Numbered from the stretch's first letter, positions 30,333 through 42,630 are shown. The stretch: 64,000 nt of DNA from Chthoniobacteraceae bacterium (GCA_037190965.1 JBBCKI010000045.1:24960-88959); one strand, 5' to 3'. Translations and numbers: made by a program. The notes: generated by a model not told the origin, from the sequence alone.

Positions 30333-31349
30333 ATGGCTAATAAACTGCAATGGGGGCTTATCGGCACGGGGACGATCGCGCGCGAATTCGCGGCCTCGCT
30401 GGCTCAATCGGAAACCGGCGAACTTGCCGCCATCGGCAGCCGCACGGAACAGAAGGCGGCCGAGTTTGCGCGGGATTTCCCCGCCACCACCCACGGCAGC
30501 TACGAAGCCCTGCTGGCGGACCCCGCCGTGGAAGCGGTCTACATTTCCACGCCGCACCCGTCGCACGCCGAATGGACGGTCAAAGCCGCCGAAGCGGGCA
30601 AGCACATCCTTTGCGAAAAGCCGCTTGCGATGAACTTTGCCGAGGCCTCCGCCTCCATTGAAGCCGCCCGACGCAACAATGTCTTCCTGATGGAAGCATT
30701 CATGTACCGCAGCCACCCGCAAACCGCGCGGCTCGTGGAGTTGCTTCGTGACAAGGCCATCGGCGACGTCCAGTTCGTCCGCGCTGCCTTCAGTTACCGC
30801 ATGGATGACCCCAAATCCCGGGCGCTCGATCACGCCCTCGGCGGCGGCGGCATTCTCGATGTCGGCTGTTATTGCGCCTCCATGGCCCGCCTCGTGGCAG
30901 GAGCCGCCTCTGGCAAGGAATTCGAAAACCCCACCGCGGTCAAAGCCGTCGGCATCATCGGTGCGGGAAGCCGCGTGGACGAATTCACCATCGCCTCGCT
31001 GGAGTTCCCCAACCAGATCCTCGGGGAAATCGCCACCGGCGTCCGGATCGTCCTGGACAACAACGTCCGGATCGTTGGCACGCAGGGGAGCATCCTCGTT
31101 CCCGAACCGTGGCAGCCGTCCCGATACGGCGGTTTTTCGAAGATCATTCTCTTCAAGAACGGTATTCCCGAAGAGGTGCTGATCGAATCCCCAAAAAGAC
31201 TCTACGCGCTGGAGGCCGATCACGTGGCCCGGCAGATCGCCGAAGGGCGGCGTCAATCCCCCGCCATGCCATGGGACGATACGCTCGGCAACATGAAGAC
31301 CCTCGACGCCTGGCGCGCCTCCATCGGGCTCGCGTATGATTGGGAGTGA
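30333..31349 (+). CDS. Gfo/Idh/MocA family oxidoreductase
   Basis: WGLIGTGTIA, HILCEKP, MEAFMYR, GGGILDVGCY. Confidence 0.92.
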   Translation: MANKLQWGLIGTGTIAREFAASLAQSETGELAAIGSRTEQKAAEFARDFPATTHGSYEALLADPAVEAVYISTPHPSHAEWTVKAAEAGKHILCEKPLAMNFAEASASIEAARRNNVFLMEAFMYRSHPQTARLVELLRDKAIGDVQFVRAAFSYRMDDPKSRALDHALGGGGILDVGCYCASMARLVAGAASGKEFENPTAVKAVGIIGAGSRVDEFTIASLEFPNQILGEIATGVRIVLDNNVRIVGTQGSILVPEPWQPSRYGGFSKIILFKNGIPEEVLIESPKRLYALEADHVARQIAEGRRQSPAMPWDDTLGNMKTLDAWRASIGLAYDWE

Positions 31350-31516
31350 TCGCAGACGGAATCCCGGTCTGCTTTCCCCTCTTGCCTTTTGACTTCCCGT
31401 TTGGTCAGATAATCGGAAGCGGCGGGCCCAAATGCCTCCCTGCCAATACTTTCCAATCTTTGTCTCAAGCCGGGTGAAATTCCTTCTCCTTTCCCACAAT
31501 CCAAGGCCGCTCCATC

Positions 31517-32461
31517 ATGCCGGTTGAAGACCCCATCCCCCAGTTGAAATTGCAACGCCAGGACGACCAGGAAAGCGCGCCGGTCGCCGCAACCGCCTCC
31601 GCTCCCCCGCTTCCATCAAAGGCTGGCTCATTCGATCTCTGGATCGAAGCCGGTCATACCGAGAAGCATTACTGGATCGACATCTGGCGCTTTCGCGAAC
31701 TGCTCTTCATCCTCGCCTGGCGGGATCTCGCAGTCCGCTACAAACAATCCGTAGCAGGGGTCGCCTGGGCGCTGATCCAACCGCTAATCAGCATGCTGGT
31801 CATGGTCGTCATCTACCGGAAGGTCGCCGGGATGCCGACTATCGCGGAGGCTCCTTATGCCATCATGATCTTCGCGGGGCTTCTCCCGTGGAATTTTTTT
31901 GCGGGGTCGATGTCCAAGGCGGGGGAGAGCCTCGTCGGCAACGCCAACATGATCTCGAAGATCTACTTCCCCCGGGCGATCATTCCGGCCAGTTCCGTGC
32001 TCGTCTCCCTTGCGGACTTCGTCATCTCGCTGGCGATCCTCGGCGGGTTGATGGTCTGGTATGAATTCGCGCCGACCTGGCGGTTCTGGTTTTTGCCACT
32101 TTTCACCGCGCTCACGATTCTGGCTTCGATGGGGATCGGCCTCTTCATCACCGCGCTGATGCTCCGCTTCCGCGACTTCCGCTTCATCGTTCCTGTCGTC
32201 GTCCAATTCGGCATGTGGATTTCCGTGATTCCCCTGACCTCCGCCGAATTGCGCGAGAAGATCGGTGACCTCTGGTTCTTCATTTATTCATTGAACCCGC
32301 TGGTCGGGATTATCGAAGGCTTTCGGTGGGCGATCCTCGGCAACGGTGCTCCCCTTTCCTTCCTGAACCTCTTCATTTCCCTGGTGGTGTCCGCCCTTAT
32401 CTTCGCGGGCGGCGTTACCTTCTTCCGTAAAACCGAACGCCACTTCGCGGACATTATCTAG
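31517..32461 (+). CDS. wzm: Polysaccharide ABC transporter permease
   Basis: RDLAVRYKQS, ISKIYFPR, RFRD and LNPL..IIEGFR motifs. Confidence 0.92.
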   Translation: MPVEDPIPQLKLQRQDDQESAPVAATASAPPLPSKAGSFDLWIEAGHTEKHYWIDIWRFRELLFILAWRDLAVRYKQSVAGVAWALIQPLISMLVMVVIYRKVAGMPTIAEAPYAIMIFAGLLPWNFFAGSMSKAGESLVGNANMISKIYFPRAIIPASSVLVSLADFVISLAILGGLMVWYEFAPTWRFWFLPLFTALTILASMGIGLFITALMLRFRDFRFIVPVVVQFGMWISVIPLTSAELREKIGDLWFFIYSLNPLVGIIEGFRWAILGNGAPLSFLNLFISLVVSALIFAGGVTFFRKTERHFADII

Positions 32462-32471
32462 AATACTGAGC

Positions 32472-33729
<1,258 letters not shown>

Positions 33730-33740
<11 letters not shown>

Positions 33741-34626
33741 GTGCGTCTACACTCTCGCCAACGAGGCGGTAAGGCTCCAATTCCTGGCGATGGAGCGGTC
33801 GCTGCGTGCCACCGGCTGTGATCTCCCCATCCGGCTGCTTCCCTTTGACGAAAGGGTGTTCCCGCTTCCGGCGAACTCCGAGTGGTTCCACGCCGAAATC
33901 AACGACTGGCTCTCCGGTCACGGGTCGATGCCGATGTACCGGAAGTACCACTGCATCACGCAGGCGAACTATGTTTATACGGACTCCGACATCGTCTTCC
34001 TGAGAGACCCGCGCGAGGTCCTGGAGCCTCTGGAGGGATTCCTGGTCGCGGACACCGAGTTCAGCAAGCCGCAGTACACCTATACCCCGGAGAGCGGCGC
34101 GATACTCCCCCGCTACACGAGCCTTTGGCTGCGAAAGATTTTCAACGCCGGTTTCTTCGCCTGCGACCGCGTCCTCTACCCCGAAGAAGCGCTCAAACAG
34201 GCTGCCGAACAGCCCGAAAATGCGTTCACCTGCCTGCACGACAACGATCAGACCGGGCTAAACCTTCTCGTCGCCAGGCTCGGCATTACTCCGGTCAACC
34301 TCAACCTCCCGCCGTTTGAAATGGAATCGACCTGGGCAGGCGACTATCCCGGGGAATACGAGACGCTCTGGAACCCGCCGGAGCGGAAGCCGCTCTTCGT
34401 TCATTGGGCCGGGCCGGTGTTGAACGACTCCTGCGAAGAACGCCCCATCAATCGTCTTTTTCTGGAATTTCTGACAAAAACGGAACGGCAGGAGTGGGAA
34501 TCCAAACAAGCGGAAAAGATGGAACGGGAACGCCTGAAGGGTCGCTGGCCCTTTGGCGTGCGGCTCCTCAACCAGGCGGTGAAGCGGCTTTACCCACGCT
34601 ATCACGTTCAACCCAAAAGATCGTGA
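33730..34626 (+). CDS. Putative GT-A glycosyltransferase (GT8-like)
   Basis: YTDSDIVF (DxD), FNAGFF, DQTGLN and HWAG motifs; start overlaps the wzt end. Confidence 0.6.
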
Positions 34627-35579
34627 TGCCCCCCTCTTTGCAATCCATCACACCTTCCATCGCCATCTGCATCCCGACTCATGGGCGGCTTGATCTGGTC
34701 AAGGAAGCCCTCGCATCGGCGCTCAATCAGACGCATCCTCCTTCCGAGGTACTGGTCAGCGACGACTGCGGAGATCCCAAGGTTCGCGCGCTGGTGGAGA
34801 AAGCCGCGCCGGGCCTCCCCTTCCCCCTTCGCTACTTGCATTGCACCGAGGGCCCGGGCCAGGCCGAGAATGTGAATCACGCCCTGCGTGCCGTTTGCTC
34901 GGATCTGCTCCTGTTGCTTCACGATGACGACCTGCTGCTGCCCCGGTGTCTCGAAATCCTTGTGGAGCCCTTTCTCCGCGAGCCGGGCCTTCTGGCTTCC
35001 TACGGAAACCAGGTTGTCGTTGACAGCCAGGGGGAAGAACTTCCAGTGCTCTCGGAGGCGCTCAACCACAACCACCATCGAACGTCGGACCGCGTGGGCA
35101 TTCAGGAATGCTCGTTTTGCGCGGGTATTCTCGGTCAATTCCCGAACAATGCCTACCTGATCCGCTCCGAAGTCGCAAAAACCGTCGGCTATGACCTGAT
35201 GAAAGGAGCCGCCATGGACCGGGATTTCGGAATTCGCTGCGCCGAACATGGAACCTATTACTACACAGGCAAACCGACCGCGAAGTACCGCCTGAGCGTG
35301 GACTCCATCGTGCGCGGAGCGGGCGAGATCAACGACAATTCCGCCTTCATGTTCGCCCGTCTGCTGGAAGACCTGCACCCGGCCGATCCGAAGTGCAAGG
35401 CCATGGTCGATTACTGTTACGAGGAAATCCTGCCTGCAGCCATCGCCCAAGCCGCCCGGCTTGCGCGCATCCGTGCCGGGTGGGCTTGGTATCTCTCACC
35501 GGCTCACGCCAAACGCATCTTTACCCTGGGGGGCCTGCGCCGGGCAGGAATGCTCTTGCGCGCCACTATCAATCAATGA
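34626..35579 (+). CDS. Glycosyltransferase family 2
   Basis: ICIPTHGR, VSDD, LHDDD. Confidence 0.88.
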   Translation: MPPSLQSITPSIAICIPTHGRLDLVKEALASALNQTHPPSEVLVSDDCGDPKVRALVEKAAPGLPFPLRYLHCTEGPGQAENVNHALRAVCSDLLLLLHDDDLLLPRCLEILVEPFLREPGLLASYGNQVVVDSQGEELPVLSEALNHNHHRTSDRVGIQECSFCAGILGQFPNNAYLIRSEVAKTVGYDLMKGAAMDRDFGIRCAEHGTYYYTGKPTAKYRLSVDSIVRGAGEINDNSAFMFARLLEDLHPADPKCKAMVDYCYEEILPAAIAQAARLARIRAGWAWYLSPAHAKRIFTLGGLRRAGMLLRATINQ

Positions 35580-36694
35580 CCGGAGATCCCCTCCATTCCA
35601 AAAGCCCGCTCCTGATCGTTTCGAGGATCGCCCCGGATTCCGTCGGCGGCCTCGCGAGCTATCAGCGGCATCTCGCCGCAGAGTTGGAAGCGAGGGAGAT
35701 GGCCGAGGTGAGCTTTTTCGGCTCAGGCCTTGCCCGTCACCCGCTCTGGGCCAGCCTCGCCTCGCGTCCCCGGTTCCACGCGTTTCTTCAATGGTGGATT
35801 GAAGTCACCTACCGCCCTGAGATCGAAAGGCTCGCCCAACGTCCTTTCAAAGCAGTGCATTTTGTCGGGACAGGCTGGGACTTTGTCGGTTTTGCGGCGC
35901 AAGCGCTCGCGCGAAGAATCGGCGCGCGTTTCACCATCTGGCCCGCCGTTCATCCCCGGCAATGGGGCGATGACCGGATCGACCTCCGGCTCTACCGCCT
36001 TGCCGACACCGTTTTTACCCAGACGCGCCAGGAAGCAGCGCATCTGGAAGCGCTGGGGCTTCCCCCCGGCAAAACACAACTCTGCGGCCTGCCACCGATG
36101 TGCCGACCCGACGGTTGCGGGGAGCGCCTGCGGGGCCGTCTTGCGCTGGGCGACCGTCCGGTGGTCTTCTTCCTCGGAGCACGCGGGGAACCCAAGGGCT
36201 ACCCCGTCCTGCTCTCCGTCTGGCCGCTTGTTCTTGCAACCTTCCCCGACGCCGTGCTGCTGCTGGCGGGTCCCGGAGGGGAAGAGTACGCTTCCCTGCT
36301 TTCCGAACTCCCCGCCGATTCGGTACGCGACCTCGGCGTCGTCGATGAAACCGACAAAGCGGACGCCTACGCCGCCTGCGATCTCTTCTGCCTGCCGTCC
36401 GCCCACGAATCGTTCGGCATTGTCTACGCGGAGGCGTGGTCCTACGCCAAGCCGGTGGTGTGCGGCCCGGCCCCGGCCCCGCGCGAATGGATACGCGACG
36501 GCGAGACGGGGCTCCATTGCGAACAGACCCCGGAGTCCGTCGCCGACACGATCCTGAGCCTGCTGCGTAATCCGGAAATGAGACACCGCATGGGGCGGGC
36601 GGGAAGGGAGTTCCAACAAAGCCATCTAACCTGGGAAACCATCGCGGGCCTCCACACCGCCGCATTCGGCTTTCCCCCCAAGAACCTGACTTAA
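35576..36694 (+). CDS. Glycosyltransferase family 4
   Basis: KG motif and ESFGIVYAEA (EX7E). Confidence 0.88.
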   Translation: MTGDPLHSKSPLLIVSRIAPDSVGGLASYQRHLAAELEAREMAEVSFFGSGLARHPLWASLASRPRFHAFLQWWIEVTYRPEIERLAQRPFKAVHFVGTGWDFVGFAAQALARRIGARFTIWPAVHPRQWGDDRIDLRLYRLADTVFTQTRQEAAHLEALGLPPGKTQLCGLPPMCRPDGCGERLRGRLALGDRPVVFFLGARGEPKGYPVLLSVWPLVLATFPDAVLLLAGPGGEEYASLLSELPADSVRDLGVVDETDKADAYAACDLFCLPSAHESFGIVYAEAWSYAKPVVCGPAPAPREWIRDGETGLHCEQTPESVADTILSLLRNPEMRHRMGRAGREFQQSHLTWETIAGLHTAAFGFPPKNLT

Positions 36695-36696
36695 AC

Positions 36697-37629
36697 GTGA
36701 ACGTCAACGAGTCCCTCCCTCCCACGCCTCTCGTCAGCCTGATCATCCCGACCTGCAATCGGACTGAGCTGCTTGCCATCTGCCTGGAAGCGCTTGTTCC
36801 GCAGATCCCCTGCGATGGCTCCGTTGAGCTGATTATCGGAGATGATGGCCGTGACTTTCAAACCCGCGATTTTCTGGTACAGACCCACCCTTCTGCCCGA
36901 TGGCATCAGGGGCCGAGGCGGGGGCCGGGCGCGAACCGGAATGCCAGCGCGGCTCTCGCCAGGGGCCGGTGGCTCATCTTCATCGACGACGATTGCATCC
37001 CTCATCCAGGATTCCTCTCCGGTTATCTCGCCGCGTTCAGAAACTGCAATGAGAGTGCCATTGTTTTCGCGGGGGCGACTTACCGCGAAAGCGAAGATGA
37101 CTTCCCGTTGATCAAGGAAGCCGCTTACCACTACGGCCAGAACGATCTTCCCCCCGCCTGCAATTTTGCCATGCCGCGAGCGCTCTATGCCGATTGCGGC
37201 GGCTTTGATGAGCGATACCGGATCTCGTTCGAAGACATGGAATTTTTTGCGAGACTCGGCCAAACGGGTGTGGCGGTTCGCTTTACCCCCGACGCGGCGG
37301 CGGATCACCCTTCCCGCCCACTCCCCGGCCCCGTCACGCTGGCAAAGCGATGGGAAGCCCGCGTCATCAGCAGCTATGACTTCGGAGCCTCCACGTTCGA
37401 GATCCTCTGGCGCCTGCCCAAACATATCCTCCTCGTCATCGTATCGCGCTTTCGCGGACGCAGAATGACGGAAGATAACCTCCGAGCCTTCGCCTATTTT
37501 GCCGGGGAGCTTCTGGTGACACTCTGGAAATTCCCGGGCTGGATCCTTAGGGAGCGCGAGGCCCCACGAAGTGATTTCTGGAAGAAACAACAGTCCCTTG
37601 GTAAAACTCCCCCCAACTACGGACTCTGA
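36697..37629 (+). CDS. Glycosyltransferase family 2
   Basis: SLIIPTCNR, GPGANRN, FIDDDC, GGFDE..FEDME. Confidence 0.9.
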   Translation: MNVNESLPPTPLVSLIIPTCNRTELLAICLEALVPQIPCDGSVELIIGDDGRDFQTRDFLVQTHPSARWHQGPRRGPGANRNASAALARGRWLIFIDDDCIPHPGFLSGYLAAFRNCNESAIVFAGATYRESEDDFPLIKEAAYHYGQNDLPPACNFAMPRALYADCGGFDERYRISFEDMEFFARLGQTGVAVRFTPDAAADHPSRPLPGPVTLAKRWEARVISSYDFGASTFEILWRLPKHILLVIVSRFRGRRMTEDNLRAFAYFAGELLVTLWKFPGWILREREAPRSDFWKKQQSLGKTPPNYGL

Positions 37630-37632
37630 AAT

Positions 37633-38577
37633 TTGCGCATCTCCGTCATCATTCCAACTTTCCGACGGCCGCAATTCCTTGAGAAGGCGTTGCGCGGGCT
37701 GGCATGCCAGCGCCGGGCGCCGGATCAAGTGGTTCTTGGGCTGCGGGAAGGCGATGAGGAAACCGCCCGGTTTCTGGCCACGCTTCCCGCTCAAACCCTG
37801 CCGCTGGAAACCGCCAGCACGGCGATCCCGGGAGTGATCGCCTCCATGAGCGCGGCGGCCAGGCAAACCGATGGCGAAATCGTCTGCCTGCTCGACGATG
37901 ATGCGGAGCCGGAACCCGATTGGCTGGAGAAAATCGAAGCCCGATTCAACGCGGAGCCCAACCTCGGCATTCTTGGCGGGCGCGATTTGCTGCAGGATAA
38001 CCCGGAAATGCGTCGCGCGGAGCCGACCACCGAGTGTGTCGGTCTCTTCAAGTGGTACGGCCGAATGCTCGGAAACCATCACCGGGGAAGCGGCCCCTAC
38101 CGCCACGCCCAGATCGTCAAGGGGTGCAACGCCGCCATCCGGGGCCCGCTCTTGAGGAAAATCGGCTTCGAAGACCGGCTTCGGGGAGGAGGCGCACAGG
38201 TACATTGGGAGCTCGCTCTCTGCCTGGATGCTGCCAACGAGGGGTACGACATCGGCTATGACCCGGCCATTCGCGTGCTGCATCACGTCGCCCCTCGCCA
38301 TGACGTTGACCTGACCCATCGCGGCATCTTCTCACCCCAGGGGCTTTCCGACATGGTGTGGAACGAACATTTCATCGTCGCCACGCGTTGCGGAAGAGTG
38401 CGCCGGTTCATGCATCTTGCCTGGGCTCTGATGATCGGCACAAAGACCGCCCCGGGCGGCGTCCAATACCTGCGGTTGCTGCGCGAGGGCGATACCAACC
38501 GTGCCGCTAAGGTCAAAACCACCCTTCGCGCTCTCTGGGACGGCCACACAGCGCCGGCGCATCCACCGAAGCCATGA
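37633..38577 (+). CDS. Glycosyltransferase family 2
   Basis: SVIIPTFRR, LDDDA, KGCN; TTG start. Confidence 0.88.
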   Translation: MRISVIIPTFRRPQFLEKALRGLACQRRAPDQVVLGLREGDEETARFLATLPAQTLPLETASTAIPGVIASMSAAARQTDGEIVCLLDDDAEPEPDWLEKIEARFNAEPNLGILGGRDLLQDNPEMRRAEPTTECVGLFKWYGRMLGNHHRGSGPYRHAQIVKGCNAAIRGPLLRKIGFEDRLRGGGAQVHWELALCLDAANEGYDIGYDPAIRVLHHVAPRHDVDLTHRGIFSPQGLSDMVWNEHFIVATRCGRVRRFMHLAWALMIGTKTAPGGVQYLRLLREGDTNRAAKVKTTLRALWDGHTAPAHPPKP

Positions 38578-39164
38578 AAGCCGTCGAGTTTTTCCAGCGG
38601 CTCTGGCGCAGGCTGGAGCTACAGCTTCCCAACCCGATCACCCAATACCGCAGCCTGAAGTATCGGCTGCGCGGCGCACAAATCGGCAGGGGCACGCTGC
38701 TCCCCCGTTGCCGCATGCTCTGGCCGCATCAGGTCAAGATCGGCGAGAACTGCATCCTCCAGCACGACATCTTCTTCAATTACGACCATTACTGGATGCC
38801 GGGCCCCTCGATCATTCTAGGCGACCGCGTGTTTGTCGGCAACAACGTGGAGTTCAACTGCCGCAACCGCATTGAAGTCGACGACGACGCCCTGATTGCG
38901 GCGGGCTGCCGCTTCATTGATCACGATCACGGCATGGCCCCGGGGGAATTGATCCGCAAGCAGGAGTCGGTCCTTGCGCCCATCAAGATCGGCAAAGGAG
39001 CCTGGCTCGGGGTGAACGTGGTGGTCCTCAAAGGCGTCTGCATCGGCGATGGCGCAGTCGTTGGTGCCGGCTCGGTGGTCACGAAGTCCATCCCGGCGGG
39101 CGAAGTCTGGGGCGGCGTCCCCGCAAAGCCGTTGCGTCCCGGTTCACGCACCGCTCCCCACTAA
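38574..39164 (+). CDS. Hexapeptide-repeat (left-handed beta-helix) O-acetyltransferase
   Basis: IGENC, LGDRVFVG, DHDH, IGDGAVVGAGSVVTK, GVPAK. Confidence 0.9.
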   Translation: MKAVEFFQRLWRRLELQLPNPITQYRSLKYRLRGAQIGRGTLLPRCRMLWPHQVKIGENCILQHDIFFNYDHYWMPGPSIILGDRVFVGNNVEFNCRNRIEVDDDALIAAGCRFIDHDHGMAPGELIRKQESVLAPIKIGKGAWLGVNVVVLKGVCIGDGAVVGAGSVVTKSIPAGEVWGGVPAKPLRPGSRTAPH

Positions 39165-39167
39165 TCC

Positions 39168-40397
39168 ATGCGACTAGCGATCACCGGATTCGTCTCCGCC
39201 CAGGCAGGCAGCGTCGCCAGCGCCAACGCGCTCCTGCTGCGCGGCTTGCTGGAACGCGGGTGCGAGATCGTCTTCTTCTCGAAAGCCTCGTTTGTCGATC
39301 CACGCCCTGCCGTGGGCGAACACCCGCGCTTTCGCTTTGTGGATGCAGACAACCGCCTCGCCGACCGAACCCGCGCTCGTCTGCAACGCGTCCCACTGCT
39401 CAACACCTTGAGCGGCATGGCTGACGCCGCCAGCTACAACCGGCTGCTGGTCCGGAGAATCCGGGAAACCCACGCGGAACGCCCCTTCGACCTCTGCCTC
39501 TGGCTGGGCGATTTCGCCAGGGACGGCATTCCGGGCATCCCCACCATCAGCTTCGCTCAGGGGCCGCCCGGCACCGATGCCCGCTCATTAATCCATCGCT
39601 TCCCCGAGATTGCCCGCCTTGCCGGAACCGCTGCCGCACTAAAATGGGCCGCCATGGCCCGCTTGCGTCTTTCGCGCTTTGGGCTACCACGCCTTGCGGC
39701 CAGCAATCGCTTCATCGTCGGCAGCCGCCAATCCCAACGCACGCTGGAGGAATACTATGGGATCGCCCCGCATCTCGTTGCCTGCCTCCCCTACCCGATT
39801 GATCTGGAGATGTTTCATCTCCCTCCCACGCCGTGCCCGCCCGCGCCCTCCGGCGCCCTGCGCTGTTTGTGGCTGGGACGCATCGTCCCGCGCAAACGGC
39901 TCGATCTCTTTCTCAACGGCGCGGCGGCGGCGATTCGCTCTGGCATCGATCTTCGCCTCACCATCGTCGGCGGAGTCGGGTTTGTGCCGGGATATGAAAA
40001 GCTGATCGCCGCGTTTCCCTTTCCCGAACGGCTTGAATGGAAGAAGTCCCTCCCACGCGAGGAGGTTCCCACCCTTCTGCATGCCCACGACGTGCTGGCG
40101 CAACCGAGCGATGAGGAGAACTTCGGTTCCTCCTGCGCGGAAGCCCAGGCTTGCGGACTACCGGTAATCGTCGGAGCGACCAATGGCAACGCCGATTACC
40201 TCTGTTCGCGCGACATTCACCTCGCCGACGACCGCCCGGAGACCCTGGCCGAAGCCTTTGGTGAACTCTCCCGGAGACAACGCGAAGGAGCCTGGGGCAG
40301 CCCGACGGAATCCCGTCAATGCGCCGAGCGGCATTTCGATCTCAACACCGTCACCGACCACCTGCTGACAGCTCTCCGCGACTGCGAAAACCGTTGA
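39168..40397 (+). CDS. Glycosyltransferase family 4
   Basis: GRIVPRKR and ENFGSSCAEAQACGLP. Confidence 0.85.
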   Translation: MRLAITGFVSAQAGSVASANALLLRGLLERGCEIVFFSKASFVDPRPAVGEHPRFRFVDADNRLADRTRARLQRVPLLNTLSGMADAASYNRLLVRRIRETHAERPFDLCLWLGDFARDGIPGIPTISFAQGPPGTDARSLIHRFPEIARLAGTAAALKWAAMARLRLSRFGLPRLAASNRFIVGSRQSQRTLEEYYGIAPHLVACLPYPIDLEMFHLPPTPCPPAPSGALRCLWLGRIVPRKRLDLFLNGAAAAIRSGIDLRLTIVGGVGFVPGYEKLIAAFPFPERLEWKKSLPREEVPTLLHAHDVLAQPSDEENFGSSCAEAQACGLPVIVGATNGNADYLCSRDIHLADDRPETLAEAFGELSRRQREGAWGSPTESRQCAERHFDLNTVTDHLLTALRDCENR

Positions 40398-40404
40398 ATT
40401 TCCC

Positions 40405-41535
40405 ATGACTACCCCCGCCGACTCCCTTCTCAAACTGCTCGTTGTCATGCCCTCGGGGCAATGGCGCGGAGGCGCGGAAGCGGCGCTGCTCCATCTGGCT
40501 CAGGCCCGAAAGGCCGCCGGGATCGAACTGACCGTGGCCTTTATTGAAGATGGCAACCTTCCCCCGCACTTCAAAAGCGAAGGGGTCGAAACGCCTATTT
40601 TTGACGCAGGCCGCTTGCGTGATCCGGTTCGGTTTCTCCGAACGCTCGGCCAGTTACGCCGCCTTATTACCGCAAAGCGGCCCGACGCGGTGGTCGGCTG
40701 GATGACCAAGGCTCACCTCTACGGGGGCATCGCGGCGAAGCTCGCAAGGGTTCCCGCGCTCTACTTCCAGATGGGGCTTCCTGACTCGGGAAGCATCGAT
40801 CGCCTCGCTCGCTTTGTCCCGAGCGCGGGCGTGCTGACATGCTCCGAATTTGCGGCCCGAAAGCAGCGGGAGGCGGGTTCAAGCCATGTCATTCCCGTGC
40901 ATCCCGCCTGCGAACACGCCCGTTTTTCCAAAATGCGCGGCATTCCCGCCGCCGCGATGAAGCAGCAGCTGGGGTTCGACCCAGCCCGGCCTTTGGTTGG
41001 GATCGTGGGCCGTCTCCAGAGATGGAAGGGCATCCATGTCTTTCTCGAAGCGATGGCGTCGGTTTTGCAGCGCCAACCGGATTGCCAGGCCGTGGTCGTC
41101 GGCGGCCTGCACGAACTGGAGCCCGATTACCCCGCCTTTCTGGACAGGCGGTTGCGCGAGCTGGGGCTGGAGGGCCGCGTCCGCATGGCTGGCGCACAAA
41201 ACAACCCTCACGAATGGATGCAGGCGTTCGACATTTTTGTGCACGCCTCGCACGAAGAACCCTTCGGCATTGTCGTCGTCGAAGCCATGAGCCTTGGAAA
41301 ACCGGTCATCGCCACCAAACCGGGAGGCCCCGAGGAGATCATTACGGAGGGGCGGGATGGCCTGCTGATCCCCCCTGACGCCCCGGAGGCCATGACCACC
41401 GCCATTGAGCGGTTACTCAACGATCCCTCCCTGCGGGAAAAAATCGGCTGCGCCGCATCGGAACGCGCGGCCCTCTTCACGCCGGAAAATTTCGCCCGAG
41501 AGCTTAAGCGCGCGGTCCGCGAGATCCTAGGCTAA
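40405..41535 (+). CDS. Glycosyltransferase family 4
   Basis: GGAE, GRLQRWKG, EPFGIVVVEAMSLGKP. Confidence 0.92.
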   Translation: MTTPADSLLKLLVVMPSGQWRGGAEAALLHLAQARKAAGIELTVAFIEDGNLPPHFKSEGVETPIFDAGRLRDPVRFLRTLGQLRRLITAKRPDAVVGWMTKAHLYGGIAAKLARVPALYFQMGLPDSGSIDRLARFVPSAGVLTCSEFAARKQREAGSSHVIPVHPACEHARFSKMRGIPAAAMKQQLGFDPARPLVGIVGRLQRWKGIHVFLEAMASVLQRQPDCQAVVVGGLHELEPDYPAFLDRRLRELGLEGRVRMAGAQNNPHEWMQAFDIFVHASHEEPFGIVVVEAMSLGKPVIATKPGGPEEIITEGRDGLLIPPDAPEAMTTAIERLLNDPSLREKIGCAASERAALFTPENFARELKRAVREILG

Positions 41536-42461
41536 CCCAGCCCAACCCCCGCAGCCATCCGCGCAGGGCTTCCCGGATAATCGGCCGTTATGGAAGTCAA
41601 CCCGGCGGCAAGACACTCTGGGCAGAGACGGGTCTCGCGGTCGTCTCGCTCGGTTTCTTCTGCAAGGATGAAAAGCTTGTGACAAGGATCGTGAAGACAG
41701 TTCACGAATCGTGACGAAATGCGTCCGCTATGGGCGCACCTCCCGATGGGGACCAGCGATTCCTCCACCTTCACCGTCATCCGCTGGTCGAACACGAAGC
41801 ATTCGCCCTGCCAATGCTCGTTCCCGAACTCCTTCTGGTAGGCGACAATCCCGCCGTGGAGTTGGAAAACGTTCTTGAACCCCTTGCTTCTAAAAAGCGC
41901 CGACGCCTTTTCGCACCGGATTCCGCCCGTGCAATACATCAGCACTTTCTTCTCCTTGAGGTCCCCCAGCCGGTCCACATAGGCAGGCAATTCGCGGAAA
42001 TGCTCGATGTCGCATTCGATCGCATTTTCAAACTTGCCCACCGCCGATTCATAACGGTTGCGCACATCCACGATCACCGTTTCGGGCTCCTCGGCGAGAA
42101 CTCTTCTCCACTCTGCCGGAGAGAGGTGATTATGAAGATCAGGCTCCAGCGGCACTCCCGCCTTGAGGGTCACAATCTCGGGACGCACCTTGACCACAAG
42201 CTTGGGGAACGTTGCGTCATCGCCCTCGCTCATTTTGATCTCGATATCCGCAAACCGCGCGTCGGCCTTCAGGGCGGCGACATAAGCGTCGATCCCGGCG
42301 CCTGGTCCTGCCAGCGTCCCGTTGATCCCTTCTTCGGCGATCAGCAATCGCCCCTTCAACCCTTGCGCCTCGCACAGCGCCCGCTGCGACGCGGCGAGCC
42401 CCTCAGGCTCCGCAATGGCGACGTATTTGTAGAAAAGGATGACCGGATACGGATTCGACAT
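41532..42461 (-). CDS. trhO: Rhodanese-domain tRNA U34 hydroxylase (TrhO/YceA family)
   Basis: LFYKY, EGINGT, DVRNRYE, YCTGGIRCEK, CFVFDQR. Confidence 0.9.
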   Translation of the reverse strand: MSNPYPVILFYKYVAIAEPEGLAASQRALCEAQGLKGRLLIAEEGINGTLAGPGAGIDAYVAALKADARFADIEIKMSEGDDATFPKLVVKVRPEIVTLKAGVPLEPDLHNHLSPAEWRRVLAEEPETVIVDVRNRYESAVGKFENAIECDIEHFRELPAYVDRLGDLKEKKVLMYCTGGIRCEKASALFRSKGFKNVFQLHGGIVAYQKEFGNEHWQGECFVFDQRMTVKVEESLVPIGRCAHSGRISSRFVNCLHDPCHKLFILAEETERDDRETRLCPECLAAGLTSITADYPGSPARMAAGVGLG

Positions 42462-42630
42462 AACTCCCCTAGGAAATAGCAGCGTCGCGCGAGACTGCAA
42501 GCGCGGGCGATTGACCAAAGAGTCGGTTGCGGAAACTCAAAGAACCGCCGCGATTGACACCTCATGCCAGGAGTCGCAACCTCCATGGGAGTGGCATGGC
42601 GGCACGATTTGAGTGAAGCAGACAGGTCTT

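Noticed and set aside
28695..31499. 934-aa ORF on the - strand
   Set aside because: Antisense shadow of aspS and the Gfo gene, expected from high-GC codon bias; it runs through a non-coding repeat and has no recognisable motifs.
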